DNA of 64,000 bases from Raja brachyura (Eukaryota): positions 88,412,001 through 88,476,000 of the forward strand of contig OY740784.1 of the NCBI GenBank assembly GCA_963514005.1, written 5' to 3'. Positions 60,810-64,000 of the stretch are shown piece after piece. The position numbers were made by a program, and so were the translations under genes. Below the pieces are notes generated by a model, which worked only from the letters and a program-made list of their open reading frames with translations, searched no databases and was not told the DNA's origin. Position 1 is the stretch's first letter. Each line of letters starts with the position of its first letter.

Positions 60810-61499
60810 AGAGAATCTAACATGAGGTTGTGAAGAAATTCTAAAGCAATTCAAGAAAGATTTGTTAATGAAATAAAGATAGGGTGTAGCATGAGGAAGA
60901 GCATACCAGATTTTCCTGGTAAATGACTGCTGGTCTGTGAATGGATCAACCTAGATGATCTAATTTGTGTGTGATTGTCGCTTTATGGGCTGGCTGCCAA
61001 GGTTACCACTTCCAGAATAAATGCTGGCTGATGCAGGATATCTCAGTAGAAAGGGACATGTTGATACTGACACAGTGAAGTAGCAAACAGGGAAATCTAA
61101 CAATGCTGTGCTCTCAGTCTTTTAATTGGAGATTGCATACTTTGTGGGATAGTTATAAGCAGTTTTGGGTGACATACAATGCTGGTATCTCACTGTTTAA
61201 AAAGTATTAAAGCAATATCTAAGCCTATATATTTCATCAAGTGAAACGCCCGAGGGCACTGAACAGAAACATCATCAACAAAATTTGATATTGACTCTGA
61301 TAAAAATATAATAGAAGAAGGTAATGTCAGCTTGGTCAAAGGGTTGCATTTCAGTATCTGTTTAAAGGGTGGAAAGAAAGGATTAGGAAAGGGTCCAAAA
61401 CAATAAAGTCTTTGCAATTAAATCCATGGCTACCATGTTTGAGTGATTTAAAATAGTGAATGGAGAAGGGAACAGGAAGAAGAGCGAATGCTCTTGAAA

Positions 61500-61600
61500 G
61501 GTCATGAGGTCATGTGATAAGAGCAGAATCAAGCCACTTGGCCCATCGAGTCTACTCCACCATTCAATCATGGTGATCTATCTCTCCCTCCTAAGCCCAT
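61500..61600 (-). mobile_element. CR1 3' tail
   Basis: GGCCCATCGAGTCTACTCCACCATTCAATCATGG. Confidence 0.75.
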
Positions 61601-61746
61601 TACTAAGTCCTTGACTTGCTAAGTCCTTCCAGCAGTTCGAGTTTTGCAGATGACAATGTAGGTAAGCGAAGGGCTGTGGTATTGGAAAAGATTACCAAGA
61701 GCGGATGAGAAAAATTGAGGTTTTACCAGACCAGAAGACAATGTAG

Positions 61747-62782
61747 ACACAAGACTCTGCTGATGTTGGAATCTTGAGCAAAAAAACCCAATGGGTCATG
61801 CAGCATGTGTGCAGGAAAATGACAGATGATGTTTTGACGTGGGACCCATCTTCAATACTGGAGTAGAGGGCAAGTATCTGTTTGAAAGAGGCAAGGGGTG
61901 AGACAAGAGCTGAAAAATGATGGATGAATAAAAAGGAGAGGTTGATTGCCAGATAAGTGGGGGAAAGGTGGCATTAGTTGCAAAGGCTGGAGGGGATATG
62001 TGGAGAATGCAAATGGGGTACATGGTATCAAATAATAAAGGAAGGTTTAGTTTACAGATATAGCGAAGTAACGGCCTTCAGCCCACCGAGTCTGCACCGA
62101 CCTGCGATCCCTGCACATTGACACTATGCTGCACACTAGGGACAATTTACATTTATATCAAGCCAATTAAACTACAAAACTGTCCATCTTTGTTGTGTGG
62201 GAGGAAACTGAAGATCTCAGAGAAAATCCACGCAGGTCACAGGGAGAACATACAAAGTCCATGCGGACAAGCACCCATAGTCAGGATCGAACCCGGGTCT
62301 CTGGCACTGTAAGACAGTAGCTCTACCGCTGCGCCGCCATGCCAGTGGGGAGTGAAATGTAGATCTGGAATGAGGGATGATGGGTAAATTAGAATGAGGG
62401 AGGAAGATGGGTGGGAATACAAACACGGAAGGGGAAGTGGTGGGTAATGAGCAGAAGGAGGGACAGGGGAATGGAAAGGAAGCCACATTACCCCCTCCCA
62501 TCTCTTTTTGCTTCCCACTGAGAGCACTCTTTCCATGACTCCCAAGTTTGCTCGTGCTTCCCCACACCCTCCCCTCTCCTCCTCCCTAGGCGCTTTCCCC
62601 TGCATCCATAGGAGGTGCAACATTTGTCCCTTCACCTCCTCCCTCACCGCTGCTGTGGGATCCATACAGCCCTTCTAAATAAGACAGAAGTTGACATGCA
62701 CCTCCCTCAACCTCTCCTCTAGCATTCGGTGCTCAACAGATGATGCTTGACTCGCTGAGTCCTTCTAGCAGTTTGCGTTTTG
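61747..62782. mobile_element. Old inverted PLE insertion (minus terminus plus plus-strand endonuclease remnant) with a nested V-SINE
   Basis: Candidate 15-bp TSD CAGA(A/T)GACAATGTAG at 61732-61746 and 62783-62797; FPCIHRRCNICPFTS linker at about 62595-62640. Confidence 0.62.
62045..62340 (-). mobile_element. V-SINE
   Basis: GGATCGAACCCGGGTCTCTGGCACTGTAAG head and V-domain on the reverse strand. Confidence 0.88.
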
Positions 62783-64000
62783 CAGATGACAATGTAGGTT
62801 AGTGACATAATGGTGATGACTGAAGAGGATCTGGCATGTCAGGAAGTGGGCGGCAGAAATGTGGTAGTGTGCTCTAGTCATTGAAGTCTGGAGTTGGGAG
62901 ACGGGCCAGGGATACTTAAATCTGGAGGTAACAAGGCATATGGAACATTTGGCTGAGCTGAGGCAAAAGTGGAGACCTTCACTATGTTAGAAATTCTTCT
63001 TCACTTAGATAAATCACTTTGTTCTTATTAGTTATTAATAATCTGAAAGCTACCTAGCCACTTCATTGTTACAAAGATTTCCAAAGATATCTTTGAAAAG
63101 CAACCTGCTAAAAGTGTTTCATTCGCTGATTCAAGAAGCAGAAAACAGACATCACTCTGGCCCTTCAAGCATTTATTTCTTGCTTCACAAACTTAGTGAA
63201 TGCTCGCATGATATTGATGTCCAGTTCATAAAGCCAACCCTATTAACACAAGCATGCATCTGATACAATCCAGCTTCAAAGAATGAGTAAATCAAGTAGC
63301 TTTGGGTCTGACCAGCTTTGACTACCAAACTTCAAACAAAAGAGATTGTATCAAAGCTTTAGATTAATGAATGTACCCTAACATGCAAGCTGCTGAAAGG
63401 AGTATTGAACTGTGGTTATTACCAGATGAGATCTTTAAAATATACCAGGGGCCACTGTGAACTGGGAGATAGAATGTGGTACTTTGTATTGTTACGGTGA
63501 TCTTTCCCACGGAAGATTAGGGGGCTTTGCGAAAAGACAACATTCAGAATCATTGACATGAGTTAACTGACATTCTAACCCTGACAAAGGAAGCTAGGAA
63601 CTCTGTATATTCAGCTGTGTAAACGTGGTTACTCATTTGATCACTGATTGAAGTGACACAGGGTTGAAATTGAGTCAACCAAACCCTTCTCTATTACCAC
63701 CTTTAGTTTTCTTTTTTTTGCAGTCTTTTTATTTTCACTGACGGATAATACGGATAAAAAGGATATTTCCCTTTTTTGTGTGTTGTCTGAAACTATGAGC
63801 CTGCGATGTTCATGCAATCAAGATTTTGATTGTGCCTGTACCTCACCGCTCTCATGCATTTGTTAATAAACTCGACTTGACCTGACTTTCGCTGTAAATT
63901 AAAAGCTTACAATGTCCCAATGTTTAGTAAAAAAGAAATGGGAAAAGCTTTGTTGAGTCAAAACGAAGTGAATGCCATATTTGCACAAGCTATTTATTTT

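Overview
This is not prokaryotic DNA. It is a transposon-dense stretch of vertebrate genome, most likely from a cartilaginous fish (skate/ray type), inferred from HE1-like V-SINEs sharing 3' tails with CR1/HER1 LINEs. No intact host gene is recognisable. There is one plausible 72-nt minus-strand exon and several TE-free blocks that look like enhancers, so the window reads as a large intron or gene desert. Most ORFs in the track are decayed TE fragments or their antisense. The mobile content is: three DIRS1-type tyrosine-recombinase retrotransposons (one nested in inverted orientation inside another), Neptune-type Penelope-like elements (PLEs), a full-length Tc1 DD34E transposon, L1, CR1, Rex1/Babar and HERO-like LINEs, a Gypsy remnant, two tandem non-autonomous Helitrons, Harbinger-type MITEs, a TIR element with a 7-bp TSD, and many SINEs. 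Four signals most deserve follow-up. (i) A hammerhead-ribozyme motif recurs in PLE termini. (ii) Small TSD-flanked fold-back elements are built from those termini. (iii) A short SINE-like element shows HDV-like ribozyme signatures. (iv) The DIRS internal complementary region carries an extra palindromic spacer that is absent from both element ends. Family names come from motif recognition, not database searches, and the boundaries of decayed elements are approximate.
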